Virus record (IMG/VR): IMGVR_UViG_2695420569_000030
From: a virus
Taxonomy: Duplodnaviria; Heunggongvirae; Uroviricota; Caudoviricetes
Strand: one strand, 5' to 3'
DNA: 27,360 nucleotides
The translations under genes were made by a program, and so were the position numbers. The notes beneath the pieces are model-generated. The model was not told the DNA's origin and made no database searches. It was given only the letters and a program-made list of their open reading frames with translations. Positions 1 through 8,226 of the stretch are shown here, piece after piece (the first letter of the stretch is position 1; every line of letters begins with the position of its first letter).

Positions 1-1053
1 TTACGGGGTAATGCCAACCGCTGCCGCCACTTTGTCGCCACTTGGCAGCGTTGCCAGAGGATTGAAACGGAGCGCCGTTTCCAGATGATCCGGTGCCAGA
101 TGTGCGTAACGCATAGTCATTTTTATATCGTGGTGTCCGAGAATTTTTTGTAAGGCCAGAATGTTTCCACCCGACATCATGAAGTGCGCCGCAAACGTAT
201 GGCGCAGAACGTGTGTGAGTTGACCGCGAGGGAGTACGATAGACGTTTTTTCCATCACGGATAAAAATTGAAAATAGCAGTCTGTGAAGAAATTGAACCC
301 ATCAAGCGCCATGATCTCTTCGTAAAGCTCTTTACTGATAGGGATGCTTCTGTTTTTCTTCCCCTTCGTTCTGACAAAGGTAATTCGGTATTTGGTCACC
401 TGTGAGCGGGTAAGATTTACGGCTTCACGCCAGCGTGCGCCTGTGCTTAAGCATATCTTAACTACCAGTGCCAGAATTGGGTCCTGACGTTTGCAATCAG
501 CCAGCAATTCAACAATCTGCTCATGGGTAAGCCATGCCATCTCTTTTTCTGCGATGGTGAATTTTCGCATGTTCTCCAGTGGGTTCGGATACGACCATTC
601 GCCCAGACGGGATAGTTCGCTAAAAACACTACTTAGATAGCTTTGCTCCAGGTTAATGGTGACCGGGCTTGCTCCTTTCTTCCATTTCTCGCTGAAGTAG
701 ATCTCGCCTGTCAGGCGTTTATCTCGATAGTGGGCAAACATTTTAGAGGTGAGATCGGTTGCAAGAGGATTGCCCAGAGCGTCAACCATCAACAGCAATT
801 TGTCATAGACATGCTGCCCAGCTGTCAGAGATTTACCATGTAGTTTGAACCATAGCTCAACCACGTCTTTCAGTGTTCGACGATCCACTGATTCACCCAG
901 CCAGGGCTTTGCTTCGGTTTCTTCCATCGTGTGGCGCTCAAAAGCCAGTGCTTCGCCTTTGGTGACGAATTGTTTACGCACACGACGCCCACTTCGTCCG
1001 GCGGGGTAACATTCGCAAAGCCATTTCCCAGTGGTGAGTTTTCGTACTGCCAT
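1..1053 (-). CDS. int: Phage integrase (tyrosine recombinase, P2/186 family)
   Basis: Minus-strand ORF ending with TAA at 1-3. Start moved in-frame to ATG at 1053 (MAVRKLTTGKW...), matching the N-terminal region of P2-type integrases as I recall them. C-terminal catalytic region contains ...HVLRHTFAAHFMMSGGNILALQKILGHHDIKMTMRYAHL (R, H-x-x-R and Y of tyrosine recombinases). Confidence 0.9.
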   Translation of the reverse strand: MAVRKLTTGKWLCECYPAGRSGRRVRKQFVTKGEALAFERHTMEETEAKPWLGESVDRRTLKDVVELWFKLHGKSLTAGQHVYDKLLLMVDALGNPLATDLTSKMFAHYRDKRLTGEIYFSEKWKKGASPVTINLEQSYLSSVFSELSRLGEWSYPNPLENMRKFTIAEKEMAWLTHEQIVELLADCKRQDPILALVVKICLSTGARWREAVNLTRSQVTKYRITFVRTKGKKNRSIPISKELYEEIMALDGFNFFTDCYFQFLSVMEKTSIVLPRGQLTHVLRHTFAAHFMMSGGNILALQKILGHHDIKMTMRYAHLAPDHLETALRFNPLATLPSGDKVAAAVGITP

Positions 1054-1241
1054 AAAAAATGCCCTCCAGTAGAGAGCATTTTCACTGTATGTATAACCAG
1101 TGTCAATGTATGAAATCCTACGACCATACATCTCACTGAAGCCATAATTAAGTTGGCTATTCTTTTTGCTATGTGAGCATGTAACTTTTGCGGTTAACCT
1201 GCGGCTCATTTTTATTTTAGACGCAGATATAAAAGCAAAAG

Positions 1242-1433
1242 TTATCGTGAGTTTTTAGTACAGATTTTTTTGGATTTACTAATAGTTCCATCATTGCAAA
1301 CGAATTTGCCATCTGAGGTACAGTGAGAAACACCTCCCTTTTTCCCTGAGCAGGGATAATTTCTAGCATAGGTAGTTAGTGGGTTTAATAACAAAGAACA
1401 TGACAAAACCACAAAAAATACCTTACCAAGCAT
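1242..1433 (-). CDS. Hypothetical small protein with predicted signal peptide, Cys-rich mature part
   Basis: 63-aa ORF between repressor and integrase on the same strand. Strong RBS (GGGAGGAAA) about 5 nt before the ATG. Hydrophobic N-terminus [23 protein letters not shown], then a lysine- and cysteine-containing tail. No homolog recognised. Confidence 0.4.
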   Translation of the reverse strand: MLGKVFFVVLSCSLLLNPLTTYARNYPCSGKKGGVSHCTSDGKFVCNDGTISKSKKICTKNSR

Positions 1434-1448
1434 AGTTTCCTCCCGGTA

Positions 1449-2018
1449 CTATTTAACATACTTGACTGTTAAACTTATAATTTTACCAATTATTTCAATG
1501 TCTTCTATCTTGCATTCGAAGGCTCTGTTTCCACCCTCGACGAAGATTCTTCCACCGGGTAAACGAGTAATGTCACGGATAGTTATTTCGCCATCAATAC
1601 TTATTACCCATTTACCATCACGTATATCATCAAATTCTTTATCACAAATAAATTCAGAATTGTTATCTGTGATGACAAAAGGTTTTTTAAACGTAGAGGG
1701 TAGAAATCCCTTATCAAAAATATAAAAACCGTCTTTCTGCAATGCTCCATCAGACAATAAATATTTTTCTACTTCTATAGTATTTGTATTTGCTGATGCT
1801 TGCTTTGAACCATGCCCTGTTGTTAGCCAATTAAGCGAGGTGCCCGTTTCAAGGGCGCACTGGATTACCCAATCTGCTGGAAAAATATCACGCATATAGC
1901 GCGTTGCCATGGTGCTCTTAGAAACACCTAAATGATCACATAGAGCCTGACGGGTACCGAACCCATATGCTTCAACTAAACGTTCTATGGCTTTCTTACC
2001 GCCGCTATTGAAATCCAC
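1449..2018 (-). CDS. cI: CI-type immunity repressor (phage 186 CI-like)
   Basis: Recalled 186 CI features are present: EAYGF, CALETG...L.WL.TG, W.ISIDGEI.IR.IT.LPG and GG..FEC.I.DI. The track ORF runs to a GTG at 2105; I prefer the in-frame GTG at 2018, which follows a GGAGG RBS and gives about 189 aa (186 CI is about 192 aa). The start is uncertain and 1449..2105 is the alternative. Confidence 0.7.
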   Translation of the reverse strand: MDFNSGGKKAIERLVEAYGFGTRQALCDHLGVSKSTMATRYMRDIFPADWVIQCALETGTSLNWLTTGHGSKQASANTNTIEVEKYLLSDGALQKDGFYIFDKGFLPSTFKKPFVITDNNSEFICDKEFDDIRDGKWVISIDGEITIRDITRLPGGRIFVEGGNRAFECKIEDIEIIGKIISLTVKYVK

Positions 2019-2163
2019 AAGTCCTCCAAAGAAATCCAAAATTCGTTGACAGATTCCAAAAGCGATCTTAAAGTTGAACCAGAAGTGTTCTTTTGGAGCC
2101 TTCACTACTAATCACGACAAACAACGGCTCGCCACAAGCCATATCTAGAAGGAATGTTGCCTT

Positions 2164-2367
2164 ATGACACCTAACATTTCAATTACTCTGAATACACCAC
2201 ATGTCACAATCGAACGTTATAGCGAACTGACTGGCCTTTCTATTGATACGATTAACGACATGTTGGCTGATGGCCGACTACCTCGTCATCGTCTTCGTAA
2301 AGACAAAAAACGTGAAAAGGTAATGATTAACATGGCTGCTCTGACTGTTGATGCTTTGTCTGCTTAA
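2164..2367 (+). CDS. Apl/Cox-like small DNA-binding excision and switch regulator
   Basis: 67-aa basic ORF transcribed divergently from the repressor, at the position of apl (186) or cox (P2). HTH-like segment [22 protein letters not shown]. Confidence 0.5.
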   Translation: MTPNISITLNTPHVTIERYSELTGLSIDTINDMLADGRLPRHRLRKDKKREKVMINMAALTVDALSA

Positions 2368-2431
2368 TAGACGTCTATTTTCGCAATAAGACGCTGAGTT
2401 CGATTTTGCGATAAGTTCGGAGTTGAAAACC

Positions 2432-2941
2432 ATGTTTGATTACCAAGTTTCCAAACATCCACATTTTGATGAAGCCTGTCGTGCATTCACACTGCGCCAC
2501 AATCTGGTGCAACTGGCAGAACGTGCGGGCATGAATGTGCAGATTCTGCGGAACAAGCTGAACCCAGCTCAACCTCATTTATTAACCGCACCAGAAATCT
2601 GGCTGCTTACCGATCTGACTGAAGATTCAACGTTGGTAGATGGTTTTCTGGCACAGATTCATTGTCTGCCATGTGTACCGATTAATGAGGTAGCAAAAGA
2701 GAAACTGCCGCATTACGTCATGAGCGCAACTGCAGAGATCGGGCGTGTTGCAGCAGGTGCGGTATCTGGTGATGTAAAAACTAGTGCCGGTCGTCGTGAT
2801 GCTATCAGCAGCATTAACTCTGTAACACGACTGATGGCGCTGGCTGCTGTTTCATTGCAGGCCCGTTTACAGGCTAATCCTGCGATGGCGAGTGCAGTTG
2901 ATACCGTGACTGGCCTCGGTGCTTCATTCGGTTTGCTGTGA
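2432..2941 (+). CDS. cII: CII-like lysogeny-establishment regulator (186 CII family)
   Basis: 169 aa from the ATG at 2432, in-frame inside the track ORF that begins at a TTG at 2423. GGAG lies upstream. Position directly after apl and the length match 186 cII. Confidence 0.6.
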   Translation: MFDYQVSKHPHFDEACRAFTLRHNLVQLAERAGMNVQILRNKLNPAQPHLLTAPEIWLLTDLTEDSTLVDGFLAQIHCLPCVPINEVAKEKLPHYVMSATAEIGRVAAGAVSGDVKTSAGRRDAISSINSVTRLMALAAVSLQARLQANPAMASAVDTVTGLGASFGLL

Positions 2942-2948
2942 GGTGCTT

Positions 2949-3245
2949 ATGCTGACGAAAGAACCATCATTTGCATCGCTGCTGGTAAAACAAAGCCCGG
3001 CAATGCACTACGGTCACGGCTGGATCACGGGTGAGGATGGAAAACGCTGGCATCCATGTCATTCACAAGATGAATTGCTGTCTGAATTGACCACGAGGAA
3101 ACGGAGAAAGTCCAAATGTATGCGGCAGAAAGTGAAGTGGTTTATCAGTTTCGTTACAGAGGGGAGAGTTATTCAGTACCTGAAGATGATTTGCTCTGTT
3201 GCTATCCGTCATTGTCGGGCGATGGCAGTTACTTTTTCACGTTAA
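2949..3245 (+). CDS. Hypothetical early protein (uncertain; overlaps the next ORF)
   Basis: ATG at 2949 preceded by GAGGTG. The N-terminal about 57 aa looks protein-like; the distal part overlapping 3116-3245 has odd composition. Possibly mis-framed. Confidence 0.3.
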   Translation: MLTKEPSFASLLVKQSPAMHYGHGWITGEDGKRWHPCHSQDELLSELTTRKRRKSKCMRQKVKWFISFVTEGRVIQYLKMICSVAIRHCRAMAVTFSR

Positions 3246-3340
3246 AGGATGGGACGTTTTTACGGGGAGAGCAGGTTAAAGAGACGATACGAAAAAATGT
3301 ATCTCCTCTTGAGCGTTACCGTAAGAACAAAGAACGATAG
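3116..3340 (+). CDS. Hypothetical early protein
   Basis: 74-aa ORF with RBS GGAGAAAG about 7 nt before the ATG and a balanced composition. Confidence 0.4.
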   Translation: MYAAESEVVYQFRYRGESYSVPEDDLLCCYPSLSGDGSYFFTLKDGTFLRGEQVKETIRKNVSPLERYRKNKER

Positions 3341-3362
3341 CTGCGTTTGGGGGATATGAAGT

Positions 3363-3704
3363 ATGGCAATTAATGGCGCTGCAGCAACTGTTCCATTAAG
3401 CCCCGGTGAACGCCTGAATGGACTTAATCACATTGCAGAGTTAAGGGCGAAAGTTTTTGGCCTGAATATTGAGTCAGAGCTTGAGCGGTTTATTAAAGAT
3501 ATGCGTGATCCACGGGATAGCAATAATGAACAAAATAAACGGGCACTGGCTGCCATATTCTTTATGGCAAAAATTCCAGCTGAACGTCATAGCATCAGCA
3601 TTAATGAGCTGACCACTGACGAAAAGCGGGAGCTGATTAAAGCAATGAATCATTTTCGTGCAGTGGTGAGCTTATTTCCCAGACGGCTAACCATGCCGAA
3701 TTAA
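3363..3704 (+). CDS. Hypothetical early protein
   Basis: 113-aa ORF with GGGGGA upstream, in a compact co-directional early operon. Confidence 0.5.
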   Translation: MAINGAAATVPLSPGERLNGLNHIAELRAKVFGLNIESELERFIKDMRDPRDSNNEQNKRALAAIFFMAKIPAERHSISINELTTDEKRELIKAMNHFRAVVSLFPRRLTMPN

Positions 3705-3771
3705 CCAACTAATGAAATTAATGGCGTAAACCCGCCGGGCATCCCTTTATCTAAATTCAGGAGAATTGATT

Positions 3772-4005
3772 ATGCGTAATATTGAAACCCTCACGACTAA
3801 AACCGGACCGGATGACGCAGGGCTTAATATTTTACTGACAGAGGCTCGTCTGGAAGAACGCCGGGCAAGGGCTGAAGCAATGGCTGCTCGCCTTGATAGC
3901 CTGGCGTGTCATATCACATCCCGCCAGCTAACCCACGTGGAAGCGGCAGAACTGCTGCGCGTGACTGCTGAAGCAATCCAGAACGAAGCGCAGGAGATCC
4001 ACTAA
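3772..4005 (+). CDS. Hypothetical early protein
   Basis: ATG at 3772 preceded by AGGAG. Its stop overlaps the start of the next gene. Confidence 0.5.
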   Translation: MRNIETLTTKTGPDDAGLNILLTEARLEERRARAEAMAARLDSLACHITSRQLTHVEAAELLRVTAEAIQNEAQEIH

Positions 4006-4232
4006 TGGCTGATGCAATGGATCTCGTACAGCAGCGCGTTGAAGAAGAACGCCAGCGCCATATCCGTGCAGCCCGTGCCAAATCACCGGGCGTGTCACGC
4101 GTACTTTGCATTGAATGTGAAGCGCCAATTCCGCCAGCACGACGCCGCGCCATTCCGGGAGTGCAGCTTTGCATTACCTGTCAGGAAATCGCAGAACTGA
4201 AAGGCAAACATTACAACGGAGGTGCTGTATGA
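4005..4232 (+). CDS. TraR/DksA-family C4 zinc-finger protein
   Basis: 75 aa with a CxxC...CxxC arrangement (CIECEAPIP...LCITCQ) typical of phage and plasmid TraR/DksA-type zinc fingers. Confidence 0.7.
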   Translation: MADAMDLVQQRVEEERQRHIRAARAKSPGVSRVLCIECEAPIPPARRRAIPGVQLCITCQEIAELKGKHYNGGAV

Positions 4233-5086
4233 GCACCATCCTGAAATGGGCGGGAAATAAAACCGCCATTATGCCAGAACTGAAAAAATACCTTCCTGCT
4301 GGCCCGCGACTGGTTGAACCTTTCGCGGGTTCCTGTGCTGTGATGATGGAAACGGATTATCCCAGCTATCTGGTTGCGGATATTAATCCTGATTTAATCA
4401 ACCTCTATAAAAAGGTTTCCGCTGATTGTGAATCGTTTATATCTCGCGCCAGAGTTTTATTTGAGATCGCAAACAGGGAGGTGGCTTATTACAACATAAG
4501 GCAGGAGTTTAACTGCTCAACTGAAATTACTGATTTCATGAAAGCGGTATATTTCCTGTATCTTAATCGTCACGGTTACCGTGGTTTATGTCGCTATAAC
4601 AAGAGCGGGCATTTCAACATCCCCTACGGTAATTATAAAAATCCGTATTTCCCTGAAAAAGAACTTCGCACATTTGCAGAAAAAGCCCAGCGAGCAACGT
4701 TTATCTGCGCCAGCTTTGATGAAACGCTGGCGATGTTGAAGGCGGGAGATGTGGTGTATTGCGATCCGCCGTATGACGGTACGTTTTCCGGCTATCACAC
4801 TGATGGTTTCACTGAAGATGACCAGTATCACCTGGCATCCGTTCTTGAACATCGGTCATCAGAAGGACATCCAGTCATTGTTTCTAACAGTGACACATCC
4901 CTGATCCGTTCGCTGTATCGCAATTTTACTCACCACTATATCAAGGTAAAACGCAGCATCGGTGTGGCAGCTGGCGAGGGTAAATCAGCAACAGAAATCA
5001 TTGCTGTTTCCGGGCCGCGCTGCTGGATGGGATTTGATTATTCGCGTGGCGTGGATAGTTCTGCCGTGTACGGAGTACGTGCATGA
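4229..5086 (+). CDS. dam: DNA adenine methyltransferase (Dam-like N6-adenine MTase)
   Basis: In-frame ATG at 4229 after GGAGG. SAM-binding motif (FAGSCAV) and catalytic DPPY motif (VYCDPPYDG). ATGA overlaps with both neighbours. Confidence 0.85.
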   Translation: MSTILKWAGNKTAIMPELKKYLPAGPRLVEPFAGSCAVMMETDYPSYLVADINPDLINLYKKVSADCESFISRARVLFEIANREVAYYNIRQEFNCSTEITDFMKAVYFLYLNRHGYRGLCRYNKSGHFNIPYGNYKNPYFPEKELRTFAEKAQRATFICASFDETLAMLKAGDVVYCDPPYDGTFSGYHTDGFTEDDQYHLASVLEHRSSEGHPVIVSNSDTSLIRSLYRNFTHHYIKVKRSIGVAAGEGKSATEIIAVSGPRCWMGFDYSRGVDSSAVYGVRA

Positions 5087-7497
5087 GTCATGCCGATATG
5101 AACAACTGCTGCGGCTTTAACGAGGCTGCTGCAGCATTCTCATGGAACAGCCCGAAAAAGGCCATTAACCCTTATCTGGACCCGGCGGAAGTTGCGCCGG
5201 TTTCTACGCTTTCAAACCTGATCACTCTGTACGCTGCCGATAACGAGCAGGAACAGTTGCGCCGCGAGGCACTGAGTGATCAGGTCTGGGAGCGTTATTT
5301 CTTTAATGAATCACGTGATCCTGTCCAGCGCGAAATGGAGCAGGATAAGCTCATTAGCCGGGCAAAGCTGGCGCATGAGCAGCAGCGTTTTAATTCAGAC
5401 ATGGTCATTCTGGCGGACGTCAACGCCCAGCCTTCCCATATCAGCAAGCCGCTGATGCAACGTATTGAATACTTCAGCAGCCTGGGCAAGCCAAAGGCTT
5501 ATTCCCGCTATTTACGTGAGACGATTAAGCCATGTCTGGAACGACTGGAGCATGTACGCGACAGTCAGCTATCTGCATCTTTTCGCTTTATGGCAAGCCA
5601 TGAAGGGCTGGACGGCCTGCTGATCCTGCCTGAAATGAGTCAGGATCAGGTGAAACGCCTGTCCACCCTGGTAGCTGCGCATATGAGTATGTGCCTTGAT
5701 GCAGCTTGTGGTGATTTGTATGCCACCGATGACGTTAAGCCAGAAGAAATCCGCAAGACATGGGAAAAGGTGGCAGCGGAAACCCTGCGTCTGGATGTCA
5801 TCCCACCTGCGTTTGAGCAACTCCGTCGGAAAAGAAACCGCCGTAAACCCGTGCCCTATGAACTCATTCCGGGTTCGTTGGCGCGTATGTTGTGTGCCGA
5901 CTGGTGGTATCGGAAATTATGGAAGATGCGTTGTGAATGGCGGGAAGAGCAGTTGCGTGCTGTCTGCCTGGTCAGCAAAAAAGCATCCCCCTATGTCAGC
6001 TATGAAGCCGTGATGCATAAACGTGAGCAGCGCCGTAAGTCGCTGGAGTTTTTCCGTTCTCATGAACTGGTGAACGAAGACGGCGACACGCTGGATATGG
6101 AAGATGTGGTAAACGCCAGCAGCAGCAACCCGGCGCATCGCCGCAATGAGATGATGGCCTGTGTTAAAGGTCTGGAGCTTATCGCGGAAATGCGCAGTGA
6201 CTGCGCCGTTTTCTACACTATCACCTGTCCGTCGCGTTTCCATTCCACGCTCAATAACGGCAGACCCAACCCGACCTGGACAAACTCGACGGTAAGACAA
6301 AGCAGCGACTATCTGGTCGGCATGTTTGCTGCATTTCGTAAGGCGATGCACAAAGCCGGATTGCGCTGGTATGGCGTGCGGGTGGCTGAGCCGCATCATG
6401 ACGGTACAGTTCACTGGCACCTGTTGTGTTTTATGCGCAAAAAAGACCGCCGCGCCATCACTGCATTACTGCGTAAGTTTGCCATCCGTGAAGACCGCGA
6501 GGAGCTGGGCAATAACACTGGGCCGCGCTTTAAGTCTGAGTTGATTAACCCGCGCAAAGGAACGCCGACAAGCTACATCGCGAAATATATCAGTAAGAAC
6601 ATTGACGGGCGTGGTCTGGCTGGCGAGATCAGCAAGGAAACGGGTAAATCTCTGCGTGATAACGCTGAATACGTTAATGTCTGGGCGTCTCTGCATCGTG
6701 TTCAGCAATTCCGCTTCTTTGGCATTCCGGGGCGTCAGGCTTACCGTGAACTGCGATTGCTGGCTGGTCAGGCGGCAAGGCAACAGGGTGACAAAAAAGC
6801 AGGTGCTCCGGTACTGGATAACCCGCGCCTTGATGCCATTCTGGCTGCTGCTGATGCTGGCTGTTTTGCCACCTACATTATGAAGCAGGGCGGCGTGTTG
6901 GTTCCCCGCAAATATCACTTGATCAGAACCGCTTATGAAATCAACGAAGAGCCGACAGCCTATGGCGATCACGGCATTCGTATTTATGGCATCTGGTCAC
7001 CCATTGCAGAGGGCAAGATCTGCACTCATGCAGTGAAGTGGAAAATGGTTCGTAAGGCCGTTGACGTTCAGGAGGCGGCAGCCGACCAGGGCGCTTGCGC
7101 CCCTTGGACTCGTGGCAATAACTGTCCCCTTGCTGAAAATTTGTACCAACAAGGGAAAGACAAATCAGCTGATGGAGATACCAGAACTGATATCACCCGT
7201 ATGGATGACAAGGAGTTGCACGATTACCTGCACAGTATGAGCAAAAAAGAGCGCCGGGAACTGGCAGCAAGGTTACGCCTGGTGAAACCGAAACGGCGTA
7301 AAGACTACAAACAGCGAATTACAGATCATCAGCGACAGCAGCTCGTGTATGAACTGAAGTCCAGGGGATTTGATGGCAGCGAGAAAGAGGTCGATTTACT
7401 CCTTCGCGGCGGCAGTATTCCGTCAGGAGCAGGCCTGCGTATCTTCTATCGGAACCAGCGTTTGCAGGAAGATGATAAGTGGCGGAACCTGTATTAA
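5083..7497 (+). CDS. A: Replication initiation endonuclease (P2 gpA-type rolling-circle initiator)
   Basis: 804 aa, the size class of P2 A. HUH-type metal-binding motif (HWHLLCF) and downstream tyrosines. Located after the early regulators, as in P2/186. Confidence 0.9.
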   Translation: MSHADMNNCCGFNEAAAAFSWNSPKKAINPYLDPAEVAPVSTLSNLITLYAADNEQEQLRREALSDQVWERYFFNESRDPVQREMEQDKLISRAKLAHEQQRFNSDMVILADVNAQPSHISKPLMQRIEYFSSLGKPKAYSRYLRETIKPCLERLEHVRDSQLSASFRFMASHEGLDGLLILPEMSQDQVKRLSTLVAAHMSMCLDAACGDLYATDDVKPEEIRKTWEKVAAETLRLDVIPPAFEQLRRKRNRRKPVPYELIPGSLARMLCADWWYRKLWKMRCEWREEQLRAVCLVSKKASPYVSYEAVMHKREQRRKSLEFFRSHELVNEDGDTLDMEDVVNASSSNPAHRRNEMMACVKGLELIAEMRSDCAVFYTITCPSRFHSTLNNGRPNPTWTNSTVRQSSDYLVGMFAAFRKAMHKAGLRWYGVRVAEPHHDGTVHWHLLCFMRKKDRRAITALLRKFAIREDREELGNNTGPRFKSELINPRKGTPTSYIAKYISKNIDGRGLAGEISKETGKSLRDNAEYVNVWASLHRVQQFRFFGIPGRQAYRELRLLAGQAARQQGDKKAGAPVLDNPRLDAILAAADAGCFATYIMKQGGVLVPRKYHLIRTAYEINEEPTAYGDHGIRIYGIWSPIAEGKICTHAVKWKMVRKAVDVQEAAADQGACAPWTRGNNCPLAENLYQQGKDKSADGDTRTDITRMDDKELHDYLHSMSKKERRELAARLRLVKPKRRKDYKQRITDHQRQQLVYELKSRGFDGSEKEVDLLLRGGSIPSGAGLRIFYRNQRLQEDDKWRNLY

Positions 7498-7589
7498 TTA
7501 CGCGGGTTAACAATTCGTGCTCTTAATAATACCAGGCATTTCTGGCTGATGAACGTAAAAAAACGTTTTACATCAGTAAGATTATTATA

Positions 7590-7609
7590 TACTGTAAATA
7601 TAAACAGTG
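7590..7609 (+). promoter_or_regulatory. LexA operator (SOS box) upstream of the tum-like operon
   Basis: TACTGTAAATATAAACAGTG is a CTG-N10-CAG motif with an AT-rich spacer, close to the LexA consensus, about 40 bp upstream of the ATG at 7650. A second degenerate box (GTG-N10-CAG) abuts it. Confidence 0.6.
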
Positions 7610-7649
7610 GTTATGTATACAGTATCGCTTTGGTGTCATAGGAGGAAAG

Positions 7650-7838
7650 ATGCAGGACTATTTTTTGGAGTCTTTGAAGCTCCAGCGCATTGATTTTTTT
7701 CTTAAGCTTGTAGCGGCTAGTGAGTGTAGTGATGAAGAGAAGGGGCTGGCTCTGCAGTGGGTTTCTGAATTGACTGATGAACTCATGGCAAAAATCAGAA
7801 CCCACGAATACAACCGCTCAATGGATGTCATCAGTTGA
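7650..7838 (+). CDS. Small protein, possible N-terminal part of a Tum-like antirepressor
   Basis: 62-aa ORF with strong RBS (GGAGGAAAG), directly downstream of the LexA box and upstream of the DinI-like ORF. Confidence 0.5.
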   Translation: MQDYFLESLKLQRIDFFLKLVAASECSDEEKGLALQWVSELTDELMAKIRTHEYNRSMDVIS

Positions 7839-7848
7839 GGTGACTTTT

Positions 7849-8082
7849 ATGCGCATTGAAATAATGATCGATAAAGAGCAGAAGATTAGCCAGTCTACCC
7901 TGGACGCCCTTGAATCCGAGCTTTACCGCAATCTGCGCCCCCTGTATCCCAAAACGGTAATTCGTATCCGCAAAGGTAGCTCTAACGGTGTGGAACTGAC
8001 CGGACTGCAACTGGATGAAGAAAGAAAACAAGTGATGAAAATTATGCAGAAAGTGTGGGAAGACGACAGCTGGCTGCATTAA
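7849..8082 (+). CDS. DinI-family protein
   Basis: 77 aa (MRIEIMIDK...DALESEL...VWEDDSWL) that aligns by eye along its whole length with E. coli DinI (MRIEVTIAK...DALAGEL...TWESADDW). RBS GAGGTG. Confidence 0.8.
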   Translation: MRIEIMIDKEQKISQSTLDALESELYRNLRPLYPKTVIRIRKGSSNGVELTGLQLDEERKQVMKIMQKVWEDDSWLH

Positions 8083-8193
8083 GAAACGTTGCCTCCAGGA
8101 GGATTCATTCTGATGGGGGCTAGTTTGGGCAACGAGTGAAACGAGGCGTAAGGTGGGCGGGCATTTTGATAAGTGATCGTCCGCTTTGTGCTA

Positions 8194-8213
8194 GAAGCGG
8201 TCGTTACCGCTTC
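8194..8213. terminator. Stem-loop between convergent genes (possible terminator)
   Basis: GAAGCGG-tcgtta-CCGCTTC, a perfect 7-bp stem. An upstream CCGCTT copy could form an alternative pairing. The U-tract is weak. Confidence 0.25.
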
Positions 8214-8226
8214 AGCACTTTGTTAA

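Noticed and set aside
5917-6972. Minus-strand ORFs of 167 and 168 aa inside replication gene A
   Set aside because: Antisense to the well-supported A gene.
7777-8082. Longer 101-aa version of the DinI-like ORF starting at 7777
   Set aside because: The extension overlaps the upstream ORF and lacks an RBS. The ATG at 7849 has an RBS and matches the DinI N-terminus (MRIE...). The open upstream frame is kept as evidence for a possible frameshifted tum fusion.
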